Notes: a model not told the origin generated them from the sequence alone. Shown: positions 10,149-19,368, numbered from the stretch's first letter. The stretch is DNA of 42,126 bases from Bacteriovoracia bacterium (GCA_046570105.1 JBKHVI010000020.1:1-42126); one strand, 5' to 3'. Made by a program: numbers and translations.

Positions 10149-11390
10149 TTATTCGTTTGCTAGCGGCTCAAGCATAAGATTTTGCAGCTCTGGGAACAGT
10201 TTTAGGAGATTTTCCCCTCTCAGGCGGTCGAGTTGGCGAGTATAAAGCCAGAAGGCTTTTCTTTCTTTTTGGAAAACACCTTCATCCAAATAAGCCAAAA
10301 TATAGCTCAGAATCTTGGCAAATTCTTCCTTCGCTTCAAATTGAGAGTGCATGAGATAGTTATCAATAAAATTTTTATAGTGCAGCTTTAGCTGCTCACG
10401 CTCACTCTGATTGAGAATTTTAATGCAGTAGATAGATGGGTCATTCAAAATATTAACTTCAAAGTTAAGACCTGATTCAATGAAGTTTTCTTCTATAAAA
10501 AACTTAAATGCATCTACGATATGAAAAACATTAAAGACTGATAGCGTCCAATAGAGATTAAATTTAATTTTGGGAAATTGTCTTTTGATGAGTTCACGAT
10601 TCATCTTGAAATTATTCCAATCTAATCCATGACGAACATACTCACCTTGTGCGCCGATACCGTCTAGGCTGGCACAAATATAAATATCATCAAAATGCTT
10701 CCATAAATCCAAGACAGATTGCTTTTTAAAACTTAAGACGGATAAATTGGTATTGTAAGTCAGTCTCACGTCACAGTGTTCAAGCTTAATCAGTTCCTCG
10801 AGCAGCCTGTAGTGATCATCATGCATGAGTGGCTCGCCGCCGGCAAAGTACACTCGTCTTACTGATGGAAGATAGGCCTTGAGTTCTGCCCAAAGTTCCT
10901 CTTTTTTGTCGCTGGTGGTGAATTCTAATTGATAATCTTTTACACCTAACTTTTGGCAGTCACTGTACCAAGATGTGCTGAAGTCGGAGCCACAAGTGCG
11001 GCATTTAAAATTACAAATATTAGTGAAGCGCAGATCGAGGTGAATAGGGGTGAGATTATCTTTAAGGCTTCCATCCGGCTGCGTTTGTTCTAAACGGGGA
11101 AATTCGTCAGACCATTCTTCATTTGAAATTTGTCTTAAGCTTTTGTGGCCCACTTTTTCTTGATTATAACAATCCTGACAAGCGGCAATTTTTTTATTTT
11201 GCATCATCTCAAGTCTTAGATGCTTGAACTCATCGCCATTCCAAATTTCATTAAGATTTTGCGTTTTGAAGTGGCCGAGAGGTTTGACGAAATCACTGCG
11301 ACAGCAACTATAGACTTCACCGGAAGGCATAATGGCGAAATGTATCCATGGTAGAATACAAAAATGTTCGTCTGAACTTTTTGATTTCAT
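10149..11390 (-). CDS. Radical SAM protein with N-terminal twitch/SPASM-like domain
   Basis: FCILPW...SCC...ACQDC auxiliary cluster ahead of CNFKCRTC, plus FAGGEP and YNTN. Confidence 0.9.
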   Translation of the reverse strand: MKSKSSDEHFCILPWIHFAIMPSGEVYSCCRSDFVKPLGHFKTQNLNEIWNGDEFKHLRLEMMQNKKIAACQDCYNQEKVGHKSLRQISNEEWSDEFPRLEQTQPDGSLKDNLTPIHLDLRFTNICNFKCRTCGSDFSTSWYSDCQKLGVKDYQLEFTTSDKKEELWAELKAYLPSVRRVYFAGGEPLMHDDHYRLLEELIKLEHCDVRLTYNTNLSVLSFKKQSVLDLWKHFDDIYICASLDGIGAQGEYVRHGLDWNNFKMNRELIKRQFPKIKFNLYWTLSVFNVFHIVDAFKFFIEENFIESGLNFEVNILNDPSIYCIKILNQSEREQLKLHYKNFIDNYLMHSQFEAKEEFAKILSYILAYLDEGVFQKERKAFWLYTRQLDRLRGENLLKLFPELQNLMLEPLANE

Positions 11391-11445
11391 CAAAACATCA
11401 TAGCTTTATTTGTTTGATCTAAGACAGACGCTAATCTTAAGAAAA

Positions 11446-11520
11446 TGGTCGGAGTGATAGGACTTGAACCTACGACCTCTTGCACCCCAAGCAAGTGCGC
11501 TACCCCTGCGCTACACCCCG
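11446..11520 (-). tRNA. tRNA-Pro(GGG)
   Basis: Reverse complement CGGGGTGTAGCGCAGGGGTAGCGCA-CTTGC-TTGGGGT-GCAAG-AGGTCGTAGGTTCAAGTCCTATCACTCCGACCA. Anticodon GGG, CCA end. Confidence 0.95.
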
Positions 11521-11545
11521 ACATAGACTGAAAAGAGAAGTGATG

Positions 11546-11574
11546 GTTATAGCGTCCGGTGGTCTTTTTGTCTA
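11546..11574 (-). promoter_or_regulatory. Sigma70-type promoter for tRNA-Pro
   Basis: Minus strand TAGACA-N17-TATAAC, 25 nt upstream of the tRNA. Confidence 0.65.
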
Positions 11575-11641
11575 AAGAGAATCAACTGCTTAGCTCATAT
11601 CTTGGGCAACTGGGCCTTAACTGAATCCTTATAGGCAAACC

Positions 11642-11654
11642 TAAGTGCTTGATT
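11642..11654. promoter_or_regulatory. IHF consensus site
   Basis: TAAGTGCTTGATT matches YAANNNNTTGATW exactly and lies between divergent promoters. Confidence 0.45.
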
Positions 11655-11683
11655 TTGCAACTAAACCTTAAGCATTCTATAAT
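11655..11683 (+). promoter_or_regulatory. Sigma70-type promoter for the small ORF
   Basis: TTGCAA-N17-TATAAT. Confidence 0.75.
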
Positions 11684-11769
11684 ATAAGACTAAACCACTC
11701 AGGAAAATCCAGGAAGGCCCGATAAGTGGTTAACCCAAATTTTGCGGGACGTTTCCGAAGGAGGAAATT

Positions 11770-11943
11770 ATGGGCGACAAGAATAAGAAGAAACTGACTA
11801 AGAAAGAGCTGAAGGCGCAAAACCACGCGAAGCTCATGGCCTCTAAAAAGGGTGGTATCCCTGGCCAGACTGCGAGCCAACAGGCCAGCAACGTAGTCGA
11901 CATTTCTGCCTACCAGAACAAGGACAACAAGAAAGCCGCTTAA
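11770..11943 (+). CDS. 57-aa Lys-rich small protein (absent from the ORF track)
   Basis: MGDKNKKKLTKKELKAQNHAKLMASKKGGIPGQTASQQASNVVDISAYQNKDNKKAA, with an AAGGAGG RBS, its own promoter and a terminator. Confidence 0.85.
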   Translation: MGDKNKKKLTKKELKAQNHAKLMASKKGGIPGQTASQQASNVVDISAYQNKDNKKAA

Positions 11944-11962
11944 TTGTGGTGATTCAAATCCT

Positions 11963-11994
11963 AAAAAGAGGGACCCGAATGGGTCCCTTTTTTT
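11963..11994. terminator. Bidirectional intrinsic terminator
   Basis: AAAAAG-AGGGACCC-GAAT-GGGTCCCT-TTTTTT between convergent genes. Confidence 0.9.
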
Positions 11995-12502
11995 ATGTCG
12001 TTACTTTCTTAACCACTTGAGTTTTTGCAATCAGGTCGTGCAGGGCCCGTTTGTCTTTGCGAAAGAGCGGGAAGAGAAAACCAAGCAGCATGATTGAAGA
12101 GATTACTTTTCCAACGGTCTCGCGAAGCAAGGCTTTTAACCAGTTGGGATTCGCTTTGCTATTTATGTCCTGGATCCGCAACCCAAGCGCAAGCTTGCCC
12201 GGTGTGCCGCCTTTTTTAACGATAAATAGAACGAAAATCACGATCGATAGAAGATAAAAATATCCAAAAAAATGCAGCTCTCCATTATCCAGAGCCATTT
12301 TTACTGTTGCTCCGAGAATAGACTCCGGACTAGCTTTGTTGATGGCCATGTCTTGTAAGAGTTGGTCTTGTTCAGGGGTATTGTTTTTGAGTAGGCCTAT
12401 CGCCAGAAAAAGAAACATGAGCACACCACGGAAAATGCTCATGAGTATGACATCAATAATGAATGCGCCTAATCGCAACCCAAATGAGGCGGGGGTAAAC
12501 AT
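11993..12502 (-). CDS. RDD family membrane protein
   Basis: RLGAFIID, TPGKLALGLRI and RALHDLIAKTQVV motifs. Confidence 0.92.
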   Translation of the reverse strand: MFTPASFGLRLGAFIIDVILMSIFRGVLMFLFLAIGLLKNNTPEQDQLLQDMAINKASPESILGATVKMALDNGELHFFGYFYLLSIVIFVLFIVKKGGTPGKLALGLRIQDINSKANPNWLKALLRETVGKVISSIMLLGFLFPLFRKDKRALHDLIAKTQVVKKVTT

Positions 12503-12539
12503 AAAGAAACTCCTTCGTTTCTTTTAGTCTACCTCAGCT

Positions 12540-13814
12540 TTAGCGGGGACGGAATCGATTGTCTTCGTCACCGTTCACACCCATCAGATAAGTGCTCTCG
12601 TCCCCATTAGAGGCTTCCAGACGATTCATAATATTCTGCCAGCTTGTTTGGTAGCCACGAATAAACGGAGTAAGGAAGGCAAGCATATTGTCTTCAGAGG
12701 TCGTTGTGAGCGTTGGGAGTCCTGCCGTGATGATCTCTAGATTACGACTGCCACCTGGTTTGGCAGCAAAGTACTGACGATTGAAGTAGGGATAAGAGCT
12801 GCATCCGTTAAAAAAGAAAATCTGATAATCACGAGTAAAATTAATTGTTGGGAGATTATTCAAATCTAAGTTGCCACCAAGTCCAGAGTGTCCGTCGTAG
12901 CCAATGACATCCGCTTGCTCAAAAGCTTTTTTAATCTCTTTATGAAATGTTGGGTCGGAACTATCAACTTCAGTGTCGGCCAACAGAAGTGTGAGTTCAA
13001 TTTTTTGTTCAGTGCCCAGTTGCGTCTTGGTGAAACCTTGAAACTTCGCTAACTGGTTTTTGCCTTCATTTACGCCGCGAATTTCAGACTTGAGTTCCAA
13101 ACCAAGTTCAGACTTTAAGCGATCTCTCAGACCTCGGTATGCGTAGGCGCCAAGGTCTCTAGAAGAGCTGTTATCAATATGTCCGACAAAGACAGCAAGC
13201 TTTAAAACATCTTTATTATATAGGCGATCATATTCAGGATAAGTCGATGTGGTGTTTGCCAATCGCTCGAGTTTTGCATTAATTCGTAAAACTTCCTCAG
13301 TGTTACCTTTGAGGGGACAGCCTTCTTTATCTGGATCCCAGAAGTAGAAAAAATCGCCGGGCGAATTATATGTTTCATCAGTACAGCGGTTTTTTCCTCG
13401 GACAACACCAAGATCGTAAATGGTTTCAGGATTAAGCGGGAGATGTACAACAACCGTTGCTTCGTCTGAATGGCGAAAAGCGTTGCGATGAAAATTAACT
13501 TTACCTTCATAACGATAATTAACTTCTGCGCGATCGTTGTTTACTCGTTCGCGAGCAAGAGTAATTTTGTACTGTTCGCCAGGTACGCCAGGCAGTTTAT
13601 ATTTTTCTAGATAGGTGGGAGCTTGGAAGTGGCCGATAAGATGCTGGACTTGTAAATCGATGAGCTCGCGTTTTTTGGCAGCACTCAGTCCCTTTTCGAC
13701 ATCAATTTTTCCGGCAAAGCGAAGGATCGCCTCGGTGGATTTGGCGCCGTAGTATTTATCATTCGCCCAAAGGTTTAAACTTAAGAAGCTTAAAGTAATA
13801 AATAATGTTTTCAT
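12540..13814 (-). CDS. Secreted hypothetical protein with a caspase/CHAT-like His-Cys arrangement
   Basis: Signal peptide, VIGYDGHSG and IFFFNGCSS. The ORF is solid; the function is inferred. Confidence 0.6.
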   Translation of the reverse strand: MKTLFITLSFLSLNLWANDKYYGAKSTEAILRFAGKIDVEKGLSAAKKRELIDLQVQHLIGHFQAPTYLEKYKLPGVPGEQYKITLARERVNNDRAEVNYRYEGKVNFHRNAFRHSDEATVVVHLPLNPETIYDLGVVRGKNRCTDETYNSPGDFFYFWDPDKEGCPLKGNTEEVLRINAKLERLANTTSTYPEYDRLYNKDVLKLAVFVGHIDNSSSRDLGAYAYRGLRDRLKSELGLELKSEIRGVNEGKNQLAKFQGFTKTQLGTEQKIELTLLLADTEVDSSDPTFHKEIKKAFEQADVIGYDGHSGLGGNLDLNNLPTINFTRDYQIFFFNGCSSYPYFNRQYFAAKPGGSRNLEIITAGLPTLTTTSEDNMLAFLTPFIRGYQTSWQNIMNRLEASNGDESTYLMGVNGDEDNRFRPR

Positions 13815-13877
13815 GCCCTAAGACATGCCTCGAAGAAGAGACTTTGTCCTTCTAGGAAGTAAAATGTTCAGGAGGGT

Positions 13878-15299
13878 TTAAATACTCGGAAACTCAAGGA
13901 TAAAGGTGGTCGGATGTCCCTCTGCAAGTAGAAGTTGGCCTTTATGAGCTTCCATTAGACCGCGAGAGATAGAAAGACCGAGGCCTGTGCCTTTGCCCAC
14001 ATCTTTGGTCGTGAAGAAAGGTTCCATGATTCTATCGCGTAAATCAGTTGGGACACCAGGGCCAGAATCGCTCACACTGATGATGATTTTATTGCCTCGA
14101 CGATGGGCCATAATACGAACTTCTTTTTTTTCACAATCTTTCGTGGCGTCGATAGCATTATTCAAAAGATTCAAAATGACTTGGCCCACTTGTTCAGATC
14201 TTCCTTGAATGCGAATTGATTCATCACATTGAATGGTAATTTGAATTTTGTGATTTCGAATGCGTTCGGCACAAAGTCCAATCATCTTGTCGATTAACTC
14301 ACAGACTGTGATAGCCACAAAGGGATCACCTTTTGAATCTCGCGAGAGGGCCTGCATTCCTTGGATGATTTTTGTTATGCGGATGCAGGTGTCGTGAATC
14401 TTTTGTATCTCATCAGGGAGATTCACTTTATCCAAACGATTTTCTTTTACACGCTTAAGCAGTAGAGCGGTTTTTCCTTGTATGACGGAAAGTGGATTGT
14501 TGATTTCGTGAGCTATTCCGCTCGTCAATACACCCAACGCTGACAAACGAGCTGAATTGGTGATCTCGATTTGTTGTCGTTTGATTGTTTCAGCTTGAGC
14601 TTTTTCATGACTAGCGTCCCAGACAACACCCACTAAACTTTCAGGTTTTCCTTGTGGATCACGTTCAAGCTGACCGATGGCCCGGAGAGTTTTTAAAATC
14701 GGGCCGGGTGCAAAAATACGATACTCAGTATTAAAGGGTGCCTCACCACGAGCCGCTGTTAAGATTTCTTTTTGCACTCGCTCCCAGTCATCGCGATGAA
14801 CCGAACGCTTCCAAGACATAAGGGCGTCTTGCACAATAGGTTGGTTGCTACCAAAAATGAGTAGAGCATGACGATCCCAATGGATTTCATCTTTTATAAA
14901 GTTCCACTCCCACACACCCATGCCTGCCGCACTTAAGGCCATATCAAGGCGTACCCGATCAAGGTGACGGAAAGTGACATCTCTCGCTACACAGTGAAAA
15001 ATCCCATCAACAGTAGTTGTACGCCACTCGAGATAACGGCTAGTACCATCTTTATGCATGTAACGATTTTCAAAGGGTATATCGAGCTTATCTTTTAAAA
15101 GACGTTCAAACTCACCAAGGGTGCGAGCTCTGTCATCAGGTGCCACGAAATCCATAAAGGGGCGGCCGATCATCTCTGATAATTCCCAGCCTAAGATCTT
15201 AGACCAAGCAGGGTTTACTTTGAGAAAGAGTCCTTCTGAATCGACCAGCGAAAGCATGTCGCTTGAAAGCTCCCAGAAAATCTCGTAATGAGTTTTCAT
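13878..15299 (-). CDS. Soluble PAS-PAS sensor histidine kinase
   Basis: Two PAS/PAC repeats, [10 protein letters not shown]-box, [20 protein letters not shown] and GTGLGL. No transmembrane segment seen. Confidence 0.95.
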   Translation of the reverse strand: MKTHYEIFWELSSDMLSLVDSEGLFLKVNPAWSKILGWELSEMIGRPFMDFVAPDDRARTLGEFERLLKDKLDIPFENRYMHKDGTSRYLEWRTTTVDGIFHCVARDVTFRHLDRVRLDMALSAAGMGVWEWNFIKDEIHWDRHALLIFGSNQPIVQDALMSWKRSVHRDDWERVQKEILTAARGEAPFNTEYRIFAPGPILKTLRAIGQLERDPQGKPESLVGVVWDASHEKAQAETIKRQQIEITNSARLSALGVLTSGIAHEINNPLSVIQGKTALLLKRVKENRLDKVNLPDEIQKIHDTCIRITKIIQGMQALSRDSKGDPFVAITVCELIDKMIGLCAERIRNHKIQITIQCDESIRIQGRSEQVGQVILNLLNNAIDATKDCEKKEVRIMAHRRGNKIIISVSDSGPGVPTDLRDRIMEPFFTTKDVGKGTGLGLSISRGLMEAHKGQLLLAEGHPTTFILEFPSI

Positions 15300-16279
15300 A
15301 CTGCAGGGCCTTCGTATAGCGCTTCAGTGAACTGTTGATCGAGCTCTTGGGGGCGTGCTTCTTCTGTCAGTGTTGGGCCTTTCCACATTTTGGCCCAGAT
15401 GGCGAAGTGACTTGGACGCTCTTCATTTTTATTCACAAATTTATGAAGATGAATCCACGGCACTTGAGGGTTTTGATGGTGGGCCTTGTGGTGATGATAA
15501 TGAAGGAAAATCCAATGCACGATGGGATTTACTTTTAAGTTCCAGGCCCCGTGACGAATATCACGTTTCGTCCATGCGTGATCAGCGTATTGAAGTGAGC
15601 CCCAATTAATGGCAAAGGCCCAATAACAGCCAAGCCACTTCCAAAAAGTTAAGCCGAGTGCCCAAGCAATTCCAAACTGTAAGACAAGCGTAAACACTAA
15701 CTCTGCTCGTGCTTTGATTTGATCAATATTCTCAATTCCTGAAAGCATAGCATCCGCACTCATGCGTTGAACGCGTGGATCATCTGAGCGCAAGAGAGGA
15801 ATGTTTAAGAGCCAAGGACAAAATAGGTAAGCAAGGCCTGCGATAGGTGCAGAGGTCCAGTAAAAACCTAGCAAGATGGTGTACATCTGCAAAAATTTTA
15901 ACAGCCAACTATCGCTTGGATAGTACATATCAAACATTTCAACATCAGTGCGATTACGACGATGATGGCCTAAGTGAAAAGCCCGTTGGAGAGTGAAGCC
16001 TGTTGGGAAAAAAGCGGCGGAGATCATGCCAAAAAAATCGTTCACTCGGCGTTTGGAGTGAAAGGTGCGATGGACACTTTCATGTAAAAGAGAAAAGAGT
16101 GTGTTGCCGATATAGGAGAAGCCGATGGCGGCGATCAGGTATTGCCACCAGTTTTCAGCTCGTGCGGCCCCCCACAGACACAGAACAGCAACAGAGTACG
16201 CGACTAAGGCGATGATAACATTTAGTGTACCTGGAATTGTTATATCTTGGTTTTGATAAACCGCTCGCTTACTGGTCAA
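15296..16279 (-). CDS. Membrane fatty acid desaturase family protein
   Basis: His boxes HESVH, HLGHH and HYHHHKAHH. Likely TTG start at 16279 behind AAGGA; the track start 16342 overlaps the divergent gene. Confidence 0.9.
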   Translation of the reverse strand: MTSKRAVYQNQDITIPGTLNVIIALVAYSVAVLCLWGAARAENWWQYLIAAIGFSYIGNTLFSLLHESVHRTFHSKRRVNDFFGMISAAFFPTGFTLQRAFHLGHHRRNRTDVEMFDMYYPSDSWLLKFLQMYTILLGFYWTSAPIAGLAYLFCPWLLNIPLLRSDDPRVQRMSADAMLSGIENIDQIKARAELVFTLVLQFGIAWALGLTFWKWLGCYWAFAINWGSLQYADHAWTKRDIRHGAWNLKVNPIVHWIFLHYHHHKAHHQNPQVPWIHLHKFVNKNEERPSHFAIWAKMWKGPTLTEEARPQELDQQFTEALYEGPAV

Positions 16280-16325
16280 GCTTGCTTCCTTGTAGTCGTG
16301 TTCATGTGAAATTATACTGCTTGGG

Positions 16326-17201
16326 ATGACAGTCGCAACCACGGCGCATATAAGCGCAAATTACCCATCTCATTGGCAAAATTACTACCAAGAAAATTGG
16401 GGGAATGAGAGCTTTTCTCAAGAAGCCATCCCATTTTATGGAACTGGTGTTTGGCATAAGTTGTCCGCTGAACAAAAAGCTAAGCTATGTCAGGGTTTCA
16501 TACAGATAAATGCCGAAGTCATCATTCATCTTGAGCAAGGATTGTTAATTGCTTCAAGGGCCCTCAAGCGCCAAGGACATGTAATTGATGAAGGTCTTAA
16601 GACCTTTATCGATGATGAGATTTTGCATATTGATGCATTTCGAGATTATCTGCATAAATCTACCAATGGAGAGTGGCCTAAAAATTCTTTACTACTTTAT
16701 CGCCGCGATTTTTACCGTCGCTTCTGTGCTTGGCTTTATAAGTGGGAACCGCTTTGTGTTTTTCTTCCTGGGGCCAAGTCCGAAATCTACGCTGTCCAAT
16801 ATCATGTAACATTGAAAGCGCAGGAAAAAGAAAAGAAAACACGTTGGTCGAGTCTGGTGCATTACCATGCTCTTGATGAAGCCATTCATATCACCAAAGA
16901 CTTTGAACTCTTGCGTGAAAAACTCAAAGAGATGAATGTACTCCAACGTGCCAAACTTTATTTTGCCACTCTTCTGTGTGTGATAATGACTCAATACAGT
17001 CTCGCACTGCCTTCGTGGCGTTTAATGGCACAAGTCTTCCCAAAAAAATCATTTTTAGGTCGTACTATTATGACGGCGCGCTTTGCTGCCTGGGTACTGT
17101 GGGTTCATCCGGCATTTCCGGCCACGAGAAAAGTTTTTCGTCGTGCTTTAAAACGCGAGTCAGATTCCTTCTTTAGGCATTTTGCCTTCTTGGGGTGGTA
17201 A
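16326..17201 (+). CDS. AurF/CmlI-like ferritin-fold di-iron oxygenase
   Basis: Ligand pattern E..IHLE / DEILH / E / DEAIH. Confidence 0.72.
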   Translation: MTVATTAHISANYPSHWQNYYQENWGNESFSQEAIPFYGTGVWHKLSAEQKAKLCQGFIQINAEVIIHLEQGLLIASRALKRQGHVIDEGLKTFIDDEILHIDAFRDYLHKSTNGEWPKNSLLLYRRDFYRRFCAWLYKWEPLCVFLPGAKSEIYAVQYHVTLKAQEKEKKTRWSSLVHYHALDEAIHITKDFELLREKLKEMNVLQRAKLYFATLLCVIMTQYSLALPSWRLMAQVFPKKSFLGRTIMTARFAAWVLWVHPAFPATRKVFRRALKRESDSFFRHFAFLGW

Positions 17202-17857
17202 GCATGGCCCTCTGGATTGCACTTAACTATTTTCCATTTCTATTTGCGATTGGTCTGATCACTGTCGGTCTTGCTTATTCTTGGTGGCTCTCACTTGCGA
17301 TGCTTTATTTATTACCCCCTTTATTGGCCCGAACGGCGGTAGGTCTTTGGGGCATGCCAGATAATAACGAGCCTGTGCCTTCAGCGAAAAGCTATGTCTG
17401 GTGGTTTACCACTCAACTACAAGTGCCTTTTATGCGCTTTCCATTTCTTGAAGAGATTATTCGCATGGTTCCCGCACTCTACAGTGTGTGGCTCAGATTA
17501 TGGGGAGCTAAAATTGGTCGCTACGTTTATTGGTCAGCCCAAATGCTTGTGGCCGATCGTCCCTTCTTAGATGTCGGTGATCGAGTCGTTTTTGGGTATG
17601 GCTCTAAGGTGACGGCTCACTTAATGACGAAAGAGAAGGGTGAAGTAAAATTGGTTTTTGGTATTCCGAGAATTATGAGCAAAGCCATTTTGGGGACACT
17701 CAGCTGTGTGGGGCCAGGTGCCTATGTAGGTGAGGGGCAAACTTTAAAGGCGACTTCGGCCATGCCTCCGTTCTATCGCTTACAAGACAAACAATTTTTT
17801 GATTCTAACGGTAACGTTACAGATGCAACTTTTATTATGACTCACGAGGAGGCTTAA
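17195..17857 (+). CDS. Membrane-anchored left-handed beta-helix acyltransferase-like protein
   Basis: N-terminal TM pair, WLRLWGAKIGRYVYW, and hexapeptide-like repeats (VGDRVVFG, VGPGAYVGEG). Alternative ATG at 17204. Confidence 0.7.
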   Translation: MVSMALWIALNYFPFLFAIGLITVGLAYSWWLSLAMLYLLPPLLARTAVGLWGMPDNNEPVPSAKSYVWWFTTQLQVPFMRFPFLEEIIRMVPALYSVWLRLWGAKIGRYVYWSAQMLVADRPFLDVGDRVVFGYGSKVTAHLMTKEKGEVKLVFGIPRIMSKAILGTLSCVGPGAYVGEGQTLKATSAMPPFYRLQDKQFFDSNGNVTDATFIMTHEEA

Positions 17858-19360
17858 GTGAAAAAGACCCTAATATTGGCCATGGCGCTTGTCGCAGGAC
17901 AGGCAATGGCAAAAACAAAAGCGAGTCCTTACTTTCAGACGCTGAAAGCGGGTGCGCCTTTTACTAAAGAAGCCACACAGTATAAGTGGACGACTTCTGC
18001 TGAAGTAAAGGCGAATAAAGCACGTTTTGGTTCACAGAAACGTAACCCAAGCAGCAGTGGTGCGGGTGATGAGTCAATGATGAGTGACAAGTTTAAAGAG
18101 ACACGTGATCAGTTTCTAAAACTCAAAACAGCTGATGAGCTTGAAGCCTTTTTAACTGAGCATGAAGAAAAGTTCGAGACGTACAGAGATGAGGATCAGC
18201 GCTTCTTCATTTCTCAACTTCTGCCACTGAGAGAACTACGCGGTATCGTTTGGCGAAGCCGTCCAGTCTTTTCAAAAACCAAGATCGCTCACAGTTTTGT
18301 TCTCACTTCAGTTAAAAGCGCAGTTTCAAGCGTAAAAATCCTTTTGCCGACAGAGCAGTGGCATGCAGGTCTTGAGTACGTCAGCAATCCTTACGTCCGT
18401 GATGGCAAAGTTGCCACAGAGTTTAAGTCTGAAGCAGAACTTATTGCACATATCGCAGGACCATTTAGAGATGCACTTCTCGTTACAGCGAAACGGATTC
18501 AGTCAATCGATCTAAAAGACAAAACCATTGTTTGGGATAACAAGCTCGCTTTTGGTAAGGCTTCTTTCCAAGACGATATTGATCGCTACCGTTTAGTAGG
18601 TGAAGTTGAGCGCTTGAGTTCACTAGGCTCTCTTCATGCGCTCTTAGCTCAAGTGACTTATCAGCGTGCTTACTCTGGTGAGAATTCAATGAAGCTTTAT
18701 CAAGATATGGGCAAGCTTTATGGTGTAGATGGTTTCTTCTCGCAAGTGGATGGAGCTCCCTCATCAAAGCGTGTAGAAATTCTACGTAAGCCGGCCTATG
18801 CCAATTATGCGACTTTGGTGGAAGATGGGCGTGACTGGATGAAACTTTCTTTTAATCACTTGAAAGAGAGCGTAAATCTTACGGCTTCTATCTGGAATCA
18901 AATCAAAGCAGAGGATCGTCCACTAACTGAAGCCTTCATCTTTGATACATCTTTTGCTCGCGCTTATGAGCGTGGCAGTGATCTTGCGATTGCTAATATG
19001 GAAGCTATGGTTAATGGTAAAGCACAAATTCGCAGCGGAGTGACGGGCGAAGTTGTGGTGGTTGATTTGCCAGCTTTCTATGAAAACCCTCCACAAGATC
19101 TCAAGTCTTTCTTGCCGACTCAGTTTGATCGCAGTGCTGAGTGGAAAGTGGTTGTGTTGAAAGATAGTGCAGGTAAACAGCATAAAGTTAAGACACGTAA
19201 CTACGAAGTGGGCCGTGGTATTGATTGGAATGCCGAAGCTTATCGTCAGATTTTCCCAAGTCTAGCTTCGGGCCAAGATATTCCTAAGAATGTGCGTATC
19301 CTTTCTCAGACATGGGGAACTTGGATGGCGGCCATGCCTCTTGCTGACATCATCGAATAG
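17858..19360 (+). CDS. Secreted hypothetical protein
   Basis: GAGGAGG RBS, GTG start, signal peptide MKKTLILAMALVAGQAMA. No recognised domain. Confidence 0.8.
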   Translation: MKKTLILAMALVAGQAMAKTKASPYFQTLKAGAPFTKEATQYKWTTSAEVKANKARFGSQKRNPSSSGAGDESMMSDKFKETRDQFLKLKTADELEAFLTEHEEKFETYRDEDQRFFISQLLPLRELRGIVWRSRPVFSKTKIAHSFVLTSVKSAVSSVKILLPTEQWHAGLEYVSNPYVRDGKVATEFKSEAELIAHIAGPFRDALLVTAKRIQSIDLKDKTIVWDNKLAFGKASFQDDIDRYRLVGEVERLSSLGSLHALLAQVTYQRAYSGENSMKLYQDMGKLYGVDGFFSQVDGAPSSKRVEILRKPAYANYATLVEDGRDWMKLSFNHLKESVNLTASIWNQIKAEDRPLTEAFIFDTSFARAYERGSDLAIANMEAMVNGKAQIRSGVTGEVVVVDLPAFYENPPQDLKSFLPTQFDRSAEWKVVVLKDSAGKQHKVKTRNYEVGRGIDWNAEAYRQIFPSLASGQDIPKNVRILSQTWGTWMAAMPLADIIE

Positions 19361-19368
19361 ATTTCTCT

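Noticed and set aside
11394..11445. Possible island attachment site at the tRNA-Pro 3' end
   Set aside because: No integrase nearby, and I found no repeat of the tRNA 3' end in the window by eye.
11625..11700. GGCAAACC suggesting a c-di-GMP-I riboswitch
   Set aside because: The following GAAA-capped stem and GACGCAAAGC elements are absent, and it lies upstream of the predicted promoter.
11677..11880. 67-aa minus-strand ORF
   Set aside because: Antisense shadow of the plus-strand 57-aa gene, which has a promoter, RBS and terminator.
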